From: an uncultured Clostridia bacterium
Lineage (GTDB): Bacteria; Bacillota; Clostridia; Christensenellales; UBA1242
Length of the DNA: 64,000 nt
Direction of reading: 5' to 3'
Assembly: GCA_944383685.1 (NCBI GenBank)
Contig: CALWQM010000015.1
Span: 198,226-262,225, forward strand
Shown here: positions 39,672-48,633 of the stretch, piece by piece
Layout of the letters: every line of letters begins with the position of its first letter
Position numbering within the stretch: the stretch's first letter is position 1
Position numbers and translations under genes: made by a program
The notes under the pieces: model-generated
Databases searched by the model: none
Told to the model about the DNA's origin: nothing
What the model saw: only the letters and a program-made list of their open reading frames with translations

Positions 39672-40205
39672 ATGAATTACGATGCAGTTATCAATAAACT
39701 TATAATTTTGTTTGTTATGGATAAGGTGGAAATGCCACTTACCGAAAACTCAATAATTGAAATTTGTGCAGTTAAAAATAATTGGATAAATTATATGGAC
39801 TGCTTAGATTTATTATATCAACTTTCGGAAGCAAAACTTATTTATAAAACCCAATGTAAAGAAGGTGAAATGAGATACACCCTAACTTTTGAAGGTCGAG
39901 ATTGCTTATCATATTTTTATAAAAGAATCCCAAATGCACTTAGAGATGAAATCACAGAGTATGCAAAAAACAACAGACTAAACATCAAAATTTCACAGGA
40001 ATATTATGCAAACTACACGGACAGTGATGATGGTTCATATTTGGTGACCATGCGTATTTATGAAAGCCTTATTGCCACCCCACTTTTTGAAATAAAGGTT
40101 AAAGCCCCAACAAGGCAAAGTGCAGAAGAGTGCTGTAAGAAATGGCGTCAACAAGCACCAAATATTTATGAATATGTTTTTGACAATTTAATAAACACAG
40201 ATTAA
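39672..40205 (+). CDS. DUF4364-like putative winged-helix protein
   Basis: 177 aa. The N-terminal pattern KLIILFVMDKVEMPLTENSIIEI...NYMDCLDLLYQLSEAKLI resembles DUF4364 proteins of Clostridia (assignment from memory). Confidence 0.45.
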   Translation: MNYDAVINKLIILFVMDKVEMPLTENSIIEICAVKNNWINYMDCLDLLYQLSEAKLIYKTQCKEGEMRYTLTFEGRDCLSYFYKRIPNALRDEITEYAKNNRLNIKISQEYYANYTDSDDGSYLVTMRIYESLIATPLFEIKVKAPTRQSAEECCKKWRQQAPNIYEYVFDNLINTD

Positions 40206-40343
40206 AAATTGGCGTAAAATTTGGAAAAATGTTTAAAATTTATTAAAAAAAATCAATTTTTACATAAAATTTTCTAATTTTACATATCAAATTTTAATTT
40301 TTATAAATTATAATCTTATTAAAGTCTAATAACGGTAGGTGTA

Positions 40344-41276
40344 ATGGAAAACAAAGAAGTTTTAAAAATTGACAATATAACAACACTAATAAAAGAAAAG
40401 TTCTTGGTTAAGAACATTTCTTTTTCACTTCATGTCGGTGAAGTTTTGGGTATTATTGGGGAAGATAAATCTGGAAAATCCAGTCTGTTGAAAGTTATAA
40501 CCGGTGCCTTACCTGTGACAGAAGGAGATATTTACCTTGACGGAATTAGCATTATAAGAAACCAAAAATTGCAAAGGGAAATTGACATTTGCCTTGACCC
40601 ACCAATGTTTTTTAAATTTCAAACTGTTGTTGATAATATGAAATATATATCCTCTTTGAACGATGAATTTAAAATGAATGATATAAACGAAATCTTAGAA
40701 AAATTTGACTTGCTTGACAAAAAGAATGTGGCTGTAAGAAAACTTAACTTTTTTGAGAAAAAAAGAATGGCTCTTGCACTTGCGTTTTTGCGCCCAGCAA
40801 AAGTTGTCATTTTGGACGAACCTTTCAAAAACTTAGATGACAGCTTTAAATCAAAATTGAAGGCTTATATTAAAAAACTTTCAAATGCTGGAACAAGTTT
40901 CATATTAACAGGCAGAACAACCGACGATTTAGAAGACCTTTGCCACACTTTTATGTTCCTTGAAAACAAACAAATAAAAAATATTATGACAAACAAAGAT
41001 GTTAAAAATTTTTCTAATGACACAGTTTACACCTTCATCAAAACAAAAACACCAAACTATGCAGGAAAACTTATAATCAAAAATTACGGCATAGATGTTA
41101 AAATTCTCAACAACCGAGTCCTGCTTTCAAATGTAGACGAAGAAAAAACCGCTGAAATAATCAAATTTTTATCTTCAAATAAAATTGAAATTTTAAGTGC
41201 TGGAATAATTTCCAACAAAGCCGAACAAATTTTTGCTTCTCTCACTCCTTATTTTAAGGAGGAAGATGCAGAATGA
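40344..41276 (+). CDS. ABC transporter ATP-binding protein with degenerate signature and H-loop
   Basis: Walker A GEDKSGKS and Walker B VVILDEP are present. LSGGQ reads LNFFE and the H-loop His position reads TGRTT. Confidence 0.8.
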   Translation: MENKEVLKIDNITTLIKEKFLVKNISFSLHVGEVLGIIGEDKSGKSSLLKVITGALPVTEGDIYLDGISIIRNQKLQREIDICLDPPMFFKFQTVVDNMKYISSLNDEFKMNDINEILEKFDLLDKKNVAVRKLNFFEKKRMALALAFLRPAKVVILDEPFKNLDDSFKSKLKAYIKKLSNAGTSFILTGRTTDDLEDLCHTFMFLENKQIKNIMTNKDVKNFSNDTVYTFIKTKTPNYAGKLIIKNYGIDVKILNNRVLLSNVDEEKTAEIIKFLSSNKIEILSAGIISNKAEQIFASLTPYFKEEDAE

Positions 41277-42931
41277 AAACATTAAAAATTGCGTTTTATG
41301 ATTTCAAGCGCCTTATCCTTAACCCTATCACTGGCATAGGGCTTTTGGTTGTGCTTATTGCATGCACAATTGCTGGCATTTTTTTTAAACCTGAACAAGC
41401 AGAAAGTTTAAGTCTTTGTTATGACACACAAAATGCAACAAGTGCTTATTCAAGTTTTTATAGTTCTACCAACACCGAGGACACTAAACTTTATTTAGAC
41501 AACATCATTCAAGACAATTTAGACATCATAAATGCACAACTTAATTCGAATGACATTAAAACATTTGACAACTTGAAGTCTAACATTATGTCGGTATATA
41601 ACAAAATTAAAAACTATGAAAATTTTCCAACTGCCACCCCACCTTTTACAGACAATTCACAAGATATCAGCACAACAAACTCGCTTAAAAATTTCATAGA
41701 CTACTATAAAAACAGCGAAATTTTTGAAAGCACTTTATATTTCACTGAAAGTGATTTTGCCATTCTTGAAAACCTTTATGAAACACTCAGTCTAATCACT
41801 CCATCAAATAGTGATAGTGAAATAAGAGCAATGTATGACAAAGTTTGGGAAAATAGGCAAATCTTCTCCACCTTTGAAAGTTTTGAACCATTAAACTGGC
41901 AAGTGGATAGCACAACCTTAAAAAATTATAAAACAACGTATGTTGACAATGTTACCTCCCAACTTACAAACATAGATAATGAAATCAAAAAAATCTATGA
42001 CACAACTGAAATGGACAACATTGGACAACTTATTCTTAACTATAAAAACAAGGTTGTAAATGCAAACAATGGTCTTAAAGCACAACTTTATTTAAAACTT
42101 TCAAACAGCCTTTCAAATTACTCACTATTTCTTGGCTATGAAACACAAGAAGAAGCAGATTTAAGACAACAAATTGCAATTTCAAATTACATTTTGCAAG
42201 ACGAGTCATTATATTATCAAGAATACCTTTCTCCACTAAGCTTCAACAAAGCTTCAAGCACAATAACCGCCTATGATTTTGCATATTTCCAAATGTGTTT
42301 AATTGGATTTTTGCTTATTATTGCCAGCATATATTTTACATATAAACTTTTTGGTCAAGATAGAAAAAATGGCAAAATGGATGTTGTTCTTTCACAAAAT
42401 GTAACCTTTTCCAATGTTTTTAATGGAAAATTTATTGCAATAACTTTAAGTGCTTCCTTCATACTGCTTTTATATACAGTCATATTTTTACTTGCAGGCT
42501 ACCTGGTTTATGGCTTCACATTTACTCCAATTCTTGCAGTTTTTAATCTTAGTTCAGCTTACGTTATAAATCCAATTTTATATCTTTTAATAAAATATCT
42601 TTGCATAATTTTACAAGTGACATTTTATGTTATTATCACAATGTTTTTCATGAATATTTCAAGAAAATTTGAAGTTATGCTTGGCATTAGCCTTGGAGTG
42701 TTTGCTTTGGGCTTTGTTTGCAACATCTTTTTAAGCGGTTTCTTCATTTATGCACTCTTTCCATTTGCACACACAGACCTATTCTCCTATTTTGGAAGTG
42801 GAACAAGTGAGATTGGCTTCCTAAACACAATGCTTATTTCAAGTGGAAATTTCTTTATTTCAATTTTATATTACTTTGTTATAACCATCGCCTTCTACAA
42901 CTTTACCAGCCAATTATTTAGGAAAAATTAG
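41273..42931 (+). CDS. ABC-2-type permease-like membrane protein with a large extracytoplasmic domain
   Basis: Overlaps the ATPase stop (ATGA). One N-terminal TM, a soluble domain of about 300 aa, then five C-terminal TM helices. Confidence 0.6.
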   Translation: MKTLKIAFYDFKRLILNPITGIGLLVVLIACTIAGIFFKPEQAESLSLCYDTQNATSAYSSFYSSTNTEDTKLYLDNIIQDNLDIINAQLNSNDIKTFDNLKSNIMSVYNKIKNYENFPTATPPFTDNSQDISTTNSLKNFIDYYKNSEIFESTLYFTESDFAILENLYETLSLITPSNSDSEIRAMYDKVWENRQIFSTFESFEPLNWQVDSTTLKNYKTTYVDNVTSQLTNIDNEIKKIYDTTEMDNIGQLILNYKNKVVNANNGLKAQLYLKLSNSLSNYSLFLGYETQEEADLRQQIAISNYILQDESLYYQEYLSPLSFNKASSTITAYDFAYFQMCLIGFLLIIASIYFTYKLFGQDRKNGKMDVVLSQNVTFSNVFNGKFIAITLSASFILLLYTVIFLLAGYLVYGFTFTPILAVFNLSSAYVINPILYLLIKYLCIILQVTFYVIITMFFMNISRKFEVMLGISLGVFALGFVCNIFLSGFFIYALFPFAHTDLFSYFGSGTSEIGFLNTMLISSGNFFISILYYFVITIAFYNFTSQLFRKN

Positions 42932-43087
42932 GTCTAATTTATAAATACCATAATGGAATCTAAAATCAAATAAAATAGTTAAAACTTTTTTAATATTTTT
43001 TGTTAAAACTTGACAATTTGCTTGCTTAATGCAAGCTTTTTTATTATAATATTCATAGTTAAATTGACATGATAAGAGAGGAGTTAT

Positions 43088-43924
43088 ATGAAATTCAAAA
43101 TTGTTACAGAAGCATCAGTTGATATGCCAAAAAAATTTGCGGAAGAAAATGACATAACAATTCTTCCAATTGAAATTAATTTTAATGGAGAACTTTATCC
43201 TGAGGGCTTGCCTAACGACGAATTTTATGCAAAAATGAAAGAAACAGGAATAATTCCAAAAACAAGCCAACCAAACCAATTCAAATTTGAAACCGCACTT
43301 ACCCCTTATTGCAATAAGGAAGATTGGTTTGTGCTTACAATTGTTATTTCATCAAACCTTGCTGGAACAATCGCCCAAGCAAAAAATGCTGTGGAAGCTT
43401 TAAACATGAAAAATGTTTATATCTGCGACTCGGAAGTAACAACCTTTGCAGAAGGCGCTTTAATTATTGAAATTGTTAATTACATTAAGAAAAATAACCC
43501 AACCCCAGAACAAGCAATTGAAGAACTTGAAAGATTAAAGAAAAAAGTGAGGCTTGTTGCCGCAGTAAGCGACCTTAAATACCTTAAACAAGGTGGAAGA
43601 ATCAGTGGTGCAGCTGCCGCCCTTGGCACAGTGCTTGGAATCAAACCAATTATCGCCCTTGAAAACGGCAGAGTTGTTAATATTGCAAAAAAACGTGGTG
43701 AACAAGCAAATCTTTTCATGGTTGATTATGTAAAAAATAGAGACAGAAAATATCCACTTTATTTTGGCTATTCTGCTGATGTTAAAAACATAGAAAATTT
43801 TGTTCAAAAATATCATGAACAACTTGACGTCAACCCAAATAATATTGAATATCACAGCATTGGCTGTGTTGTTGGCACTCATGCTGGCCCTGGCGCTTAC
43901 GGAATGGTTTACTTTGAAAAATAA
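43088..43924 (+). CDS. DegV family fatty-acid-binding protein
   Basis: 278 aa with typical DegV N-terminus KIVTEASVDMP...ITILPIEINFNG and the GTHAGPG motif near the C-terminus. Confidence 0.9.
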   Translation: MKFKIVTEASVDMPKKFAEENDITILPIEINFNGELYPEGLPNDEFYAKMKETGIIPKTSQPNQFKFETALTPYCNKEDWFVLTIVISSNLAGTIAQAKNAVEALNMKNVYICDSEVTTFAEGALIIEIVNYIKKNNPTPEQAIEELERLKKKVRLVAAVSDLKYLKQGGRISGAAAALGTVLGIKPIIALENGRVVNIAKKRGEQANLFMVDYVKNRDRKYPLYFGYSADVKNIENFVQKYHEQLDVNPNNIEYHSIGCVVGTHAGPGAYGMVYFEK

Positions 43925-43963
43925 AAGTTTATAATCAAAACTTTAAAATTATTATTAAAAATA

Positions 43964-43992
43964 AAACAGGAAAACAATTCCTGTTTTTATTA
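43964..43992 (+). terminator. degV terminator
   Basis: AACAGGAA-AACA-ATTCCTGTT followed by TTTATTAT. Confidence 0.7.
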
Positions 43993-44085
43993 TATTTCAA
44001 TATAATAACACCCAAAAAGTTAAAAACACCTATTGACAAAGCATCATAATAGTGGTAAAATATAACCAACAAATGGAGGAAAAAT

Positions 44086-46131
44086 ATGGGAGTTAAAAAA
44101 ATTTTAGGTAAAGTTGGCAGTGGAATTAAAAACGCAGCGGCAACTGTTGGTAGAGGAGTTAAAGGTGCAGTGGGTGCATTGGGCGACAAAATTGAAGATG
44201 TAAGAACTAATGCAGCTGAAAATAGAACTAAGAAAAATATAATTGCATTAATTGAAAAAGGCAAAAACAATCAACTTGATTTGTCAACTGTTAAATATGA
44301 AGATAGAGAAGATTTATGGACAGAAGAAGTGATTAAAGCAGCATTATCTCAAACAGGCAGTGCTCCTTTTGATGCAAAATCCCAACTTAAAATTTATAGT
44401 GATGCATATCATTTTATAACAAATGAATATAATTTTGATATTTGTAAAACTGCAGTTAAAACAAATGGGCTTGCACTTGAATATGCTAAACAATTTAAAT
44501 ATAATGAAGATATTTGCATATCAGCCGTAACACAAAACCCTGCGGCTATCAAATATGTTCCAGTTACTAAGCAAAAAATAAAATGTTTCATTCCTGAAAC
44601 TGACAAGATTGAAGAACAAGAATTTGATATGGATAAAGAAAGCTTTGTTTATATAGTTAAGGCGGCAATTGAAAGTGCCAGCAAAATTGAAGATGGAGAA
44701 AATAAACTTAATGCTTGTAAAGCTATTGCTGATAAACTTATTGACATGCCAAAAGATGCATCTGCTGGTTTAAATGAAGTGAAAAACGATAAAGAAATTG
44801 TAAAAGAAATGATTAAAGTTTATCCTGAATATTTAGCAAAAACTAAATTCAGCGCAGATAAAGAATTTCTTATTGAGATGATAAATGAGGCTAAGGCTAC
44901 TACCTCAGAAGGCAAAGAAACTAATATTGCATTTTTAGAGTACTCACCTTTAATTACTGATGCCAAAAGTTTTGATGCTGACTTCTTATTAAGTGTTTTA
45001 GAATCAGTTCCAGTCGGCTCAACAGCTCTTTTAACTTTAATCATTAATGAGTCCACAAAAAATGAAAACTTTGCAGAAATTTATAATAAAACATTAAATA
45101 ATAAAGATTTCATGCTTAAATTAATTAAAATTAACCCAAATTTATTTAAACTTGCAAGCGATGAAATGAAAAATGACATTGATGTTGTGAACGCAGCAAT
45201 TTCAAAAAAGAAAGAATTGCTTAGCATTGTATTCCCTGAAATTTTTAGCCCAAAAACAAAAGAATTTATTAAAAAAACGGAAGAACAAATCAATTTTGAA
45301 AAATTATATATCAAAGAATTAATCAAAAAGGATGTTGAATTTCTTAAATACACCAACCTTGCAGAAGACAAGGCATTTATGGAAGATTTAATTATTGAAA
45401 AACCTGAAATTCTTGCAAGCACTGAGTTAAATAAAGATGAAAAATTTGTTTTAGATGTTTTCAAAGAATGTCCTGGATCATATAAATTCATTCCAAACGA
45501 ATTAAAAATAAAACCAGATTTTATTAAAGAAGCTATTGCTGTAAACCCAAATGCTTTTGCTCTTATTCTTGAAGAAGACAAACGCATCTTCTCCGGAGAA
45601 AACAAAAGACTCTCTGTTGTTGACGAACTTATTTTTAAAGAAGATAAATCAATTGTTGATATGATCAAAGCAAGTAAACCTGGTGATAATCTTCAAGAAA
45701 GTTTAAAATATTGCATTCGCCTTCAACCTAAACTTTATAAAGAATTGCCAAAAGAATATTTTGAAGCAGAATATTTTGGGAAAGAACATAAAGATTGTTT
45801 AAAAATATTCGTAGATGAAATTTTTAGTAGTTTTAAAGAAGCAGGTGATGCTAAAAAAGATTCCCCTAAGGAATTAGATGAACTAAGTGAAGCCTTAACT
45901 TATATTAATAATGATATAATTATTGCTAAAGATGATGAAATGAAAAAACAAATTGAAGCCGAAGAAAAAGCAAGAAAAAATGCTGCGGCACAAGAACGTA
46001 TGAAAAAAGAACAGGAAGCTCTTAAAAAACGTATGAGAGAAGAACAAGAGAAAAAAGAACAAGCAGCTGCTAAAAAGCGTTTGGATGAACAACTTGATAA
46101 ATTAAAAAATAGGGGAGAAAGAACAAAATGA
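44086..46131 (+). CDS. DUF4116 repeat protein with a C-terminal Lys/Glu coiled coil
   Basis: Repeated units of the type AVKTNGLALEYAKQFKYNEDICISAVTQNPAAIKYVP, LIKINPNLFKLASDEMKNDIDVV and AIAVNPNAFALILEED. GGAGG RBS. The tail reads KKQIEAEEKARKNAAAQERMKKEQEALKKRMREEQEKKEQ. Confidence 0.6.
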   Translation: MGVKKILGKVGSGIKNAAATVGRGVKGAVGALGDKIEDVRTNAAENRTKKNIIALIEKGKNNQLDLSTVKYEDREDLWTEEVIKAALSQTGSAPFDAKSQLKIYSDAYHFITNEYNFDICKTAVKTNGLALEYAKQFKYNEDICISAVTQNPAAIKYVPVTKQKIKCFIPETDKIEEQEFDMDKESFVYIVKAAIESASKIEDGENKLNACKAIADKLIDMPKDASAGLNEVKNDKEIVKEMIKVYPEYLAKTKFSADKEFLIEMINEAKATTSEGKETNIAFLEYSPLITDAKSFDADFLLSVLESVPVGSTALLTLIINESTKNENFAEIYNKTLNNKDFMLKLIKINPNLFKLASDEMKNDIDVVNAAISKKKELLSIVFPEIFSPKTKEFIKKTEEQINFEKLYIKELIKKDVEFLKYTNLAEDKAFMEDLIIEKPEILASTELNKDEKFVLDVFKECPGSYKFIPNELKIKPDFIKEAIAVNPNAFALILEEDKRIFSGENKRLSVVDELIFKEDKSIVDMIKASKPGDNLQESLKYCIRLQPKLYKELPKEYFEAEYFGKEHKDCLKIFVDEIFSSFKEAGDAKKDSPKELDELSEALTYINNDIIIAKDDEMKKQIEAEEKARKNAAAQERMKKEQEALKKRMREEQEKKEQAAAKKRLDEQLDKLKNRGERTK

Positions 46132-46232
46132 CAGAGCAAGAATATAAAAATTGGCTAGACAAAGAATACGAGAGAATGAAAAATCATAAAAAACAACAAA
46201 AAAAGCCAAGCAATTCTTAATTTCTTATTCTA
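46128..46232 (+). CDS. possible translationally coupled 34-aa micro-ORF
   Basis: ATGA overlap with the upstream stop and AGGGGAG 10 nt upstream. Peptide MTEQEYKNWLDKEYERMKNHKKQQKSQAILNFLF, followed by a strong terminator. Confidence 0.25.
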
Positions 46233-46244
46233 ACATTTGGCAAA

Positions 46245-46274
46245 AAAGATGGATGAATCATCCATCTTTTTTTT
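46245..46274 (+). terminator. rho-independent terminator
   Basis: AAGATGGATG-AAT-CATCCATCTT followed by T9. Confidence 0.85.
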
Positions 46275-46365
46275 TATATTTTTAAAACCTCATATCAAAC
46301 AATTAACATAGTTAAGCAAATTATGATTGAAACTATTAAGATGCATACAACAAACTTTAAATTGC

Positions 46366-46587
46366 TTAACTTATTATCATTCCAAAAGGTTTTATTCGTT
46401 CAGCTTTAACTTCTATATCAAAAACAAATTTATCTCCACTTTTTCTATATCTAACAACAACATCATCCTCTAAATTAAGGTAATTTTTTACTATTGGAGT
46501 AATCTCCTTTTCAAGCATTCTTGCAATAAGTGCAATATTTTCAAACTTATCCCTAACAAGCACATCTTCAATTCTTGCATTTTGCAT
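46366..46587 (-). CDS. minE: MinE-like topological specificity factor lacking the N-terminal membrane-targeting helix
   Basis: 73 aa immediately downstream of minD with a GGAGG RBS. ARIEDVLVRDK...LEKEITPIVKNYLNLEDDVVV...FDIEV...RIK parallels the clostridial MinE core (RL.LVLVHDR...L.EDL..VISKYM.ID...L.V). Confidence 0.45.
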   Translation of the reverse strand: MQNARIEDVLVRDKFENIALIARMLEKEITPIVKNYLNLEDDVVVRYRKSGDKFVFDIEVKAERIKPFGMIIS

Positions 46588-46643
46588 AATTCATCCTCCC
46601 CAAAATAATTATTATATTGGAATAAAATATTTTTTAAAAAGTC

Positions 46644-47471
46644 CTAAACATGCTTTTTAATGTTTCTCTTAAAATAACCCAAAAGCCCACGATATTTGTA
46701 AGTGCAATCAAAAATCTTTTTGCTTCCGTTATGTATGTTTTCGGAAAGCAATGTGAATGCTCTTGCACTTTCACAATCTGTTAAAATTCTTCCATCGGTG
46801 GACATTTTTCCAACTGAGTCATCTTCTGGAATAACCCCAATAAGCGGAATATTCATAGCTTTAACAATACTTTCAATGTTAAGCATATCCCCAGAAAGCA
46901 ACAAATCACCTCTCATTCGGTTAATAACAAGATATTTACTTTCAATGTGATATGAAGAAAGAATTGATAAAACCTTGTCCGCATCACGCAAACTTGATAA
47001 ATGTGGCGTAACAACAATTATTGCCTCATTTACTGGATAGACAGCCCTATGAAAACCAGCTTCAACCCCTGCTGGGCAATCAAGCAAAATATAATCAAAA
47101 GAGTGGTCAATGATATCAGTTATATTTTTAATGTGTTCTCCTGTGATTTTGCTTGAAGCATAGGAGTGTGATGACGGCAAAAGATAAAGTGAAGGATAAT
47201 TAAAATCCTGCACAAGCGCCTGGCGAACTCTGCATTTCCCACTCACAACATCGGTAATATCAAAAACAACTTGTTTTTCTAGTCCCATGACAACATCAAG
47301 ATTGTTGAGCCCAATGTCAACATCAAGAAGTGCCACCCTGAACCCTAAGCGAGAAAGATAGACTCCAAGATTTGCACAAACAGTGGTTTTTCCAACCCCA
47401 CCTTTGCCACTTGTTACAACAATTTTTCTTGCCACTTTTACCACCTCTTTTAAAATTATAATATCTTTCAT
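46644..47471 (-). CDS. minD: septum site-determining ATPase MinD
   Basis: Deviant Walker A VVTSGKGGVGKTT and a C-terminal amphipathic tail GLLGYFKRNIKK. A GTG at 47435 preceded by AAGAGGTGG is a likely alternative start. Confidence 0.85.
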   Translation of the reverse strand: MKDIIILKEVVKVARKIVVTSGKGGVGKTTVCANLGVYLSRLGFRVALLDVDIGLNNLDVVMGLEKQVVFDITDVVSGKCRVRQALVQDFNYPSLYLLPSSHSYASSKITGEHIKNITDIIDHSFDYILLDCPAGVEAGFHRAVYPVNEAIIVVTPHLSSLRDADKVLSILSSYHIESKYLVINRMRGDLLLSGDMLNIESIVKAMNIPLIGVIPEDDSVGKMSTDGRILTDCESARAFTLLSENIHNGSKKIFDCTYKYRGLLGYFKRNIKKHV

Positions 47472-47584
47472 GCTTAATTCAAAAGAAATGGTTTTCGCAT
47501 TTTAGCTAATATTGTCATATATTGGAGATTGTTTAAAGTTGAAATTTTAAAAATATTTTAGATAAAATAAAGAGTTCCATGATA

Positions 47585-47611
47585 AACAAAAAAACAACTT
47601 TAAAAGTTGTT
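47585..47611 (-). terminator. weak AT-rich terminator after the MreB-like gene
   Basis: AACAACTT-TAAA-AGTTGTT followed by TTTTTTTG on the minus strand. Confidence 0.45.
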
Positions 47612-48613
47612 TTAAAGTTGTTTGATAATGCTATTTAAAAGCATTTCATCAGTTAACAATTTTCCTGCGCCTAAAATGGTTATGTAATCAACGTCATTTG
47701 AAATTTGAACAGGATATTTTAAATGCTTTTTCAAATAGTGGTCCAAACCCTGCATTTTTGCACAGCCCCCACAAATAAGAATTTTGTTGTTTATTATATC
47801 CGAAACAACTTCTGGTGGCAAGGTGTTTATTGTGGTATCTATTGCTCTCACAATTTCACCATAAAATGGTTCTATTGCACACAAAAGTTCATGCGAGTGA
47901 ATTATAACAGTTTTTGGTGATTTTGTTTGGATATCCACCCCAGTTATTTCCATGTTTAAGATATCATTTTCATACAATGAACCAACTTCATTTTTTAAAT
48001 TTTCTGCGGTTGGAAGCCCAATCAAAAGTTCGTCCTTATATGCAAGATAGTTTACAATTGCAGCATCCATTGATTTTCCGCCTATTGAAAGAGTTGCACC
48101 TTTCATTATGTTCGACATATTCACAACAGCAATATCTGTGTAAGTTCCGCCAATATTAACAACCATGTTAACAGTTGAGCCATCAATCTTTCTGCCTTCG
48201 CCAACACATGAGCATAAAACAGCTGGCATAAGTTCAACATAGCCCATATTAACCGCTTCACAAACACGCAAAATGTTATCCTTTTCACGAGCAGTAATTC
48301 CACAAGGAGTTAAAAATAGCACATTGTCGTCATTTGGCTTAAAGTTCACTTTTGATAAGAAATGCTTTAACAAAACAACACTATATTCAAAATTTGAATG
48401 TTCACCATAAACACAAGGAGTGAAAATTTCCACATTGTCCTTTGTTTTGCCAACAAGTTTCTTTGCATCTTGCCCAAGTGCAATAACCCTGTAACCATCC
48501 TCTGTTGGCTCTGCGGCAACAAGTGTTGGTTCTTTAAGAGCTAAACCTTGTCCTTTGATATAAATATTTGTAAACCCACCACCCATTTCAATGGCATATT
48601 TGAATTTTTTCAT
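47612..48613 (-). CDS. divergent MreB/Mbl-family actin-like protein
   Basis: Collinear with MreB throughout (ALGQDAKKLVGKT, MVVNIGGTYTDIAVV, GGKSMDAAIVNYL, ILICGGCAKMQGLD). Phosphate-1 reads AIEMGGGFTN instead of GIDLGTANT, and phosphate-2 reads VNIGGT instead of VDIGGG. Confidence 0.7.
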   Translation of the reverse strand: MKKFKYAIEMGGGFTNIYIKGQGLALKEPTLVAAEPTEDGYRVIALGQDAKKLVGKTKDNVEIFTPCVYGEHSNFEYSVVLLKHFLSKVNFKPNDDNVLFLTPCGITAREKDNILRVCEAVNMGYVELMPAVLCSCVGEGRKIDGSTVNMVVNIGGTYTDIAVVNMSNIMKGATLSIGGKSMDAAIVNYLAYKDELLIGLPTAENLKNEVGSLYENDILNMEITGVDIQTKSPKTVIIHSHELLCAIEPFYGEIVRAIDTTINTLPPEVVSDIINNKILICGGCAKMQGLDHYLKKHLKYPVQISNDVDYITILGAGKLLTDEMLLNSIIKQL

Positions 48614-48633
48614 ATATCCTCCTCAGTTTTTGC

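Noticed and set aside
43935-44270. 111-aa minus-strand ORF spanning the degV terminator and the start of the DUF4116 gene
   Set aside because: It would run through a plus-strand terminator and promoter region. It has a hydrophobic low-complexity translation and no RBS, and the opposite-strand gene has GGAGG plus ATG.
45081-45668. 195-aa minus-strand ORF inside the DUF4116 gene
   Set aside because: It is an antisense shadow ORF with Ser/Leu/Ile/Phe-rich composition and no RBS. The sense-strand gene has repeats and a strong RBS.
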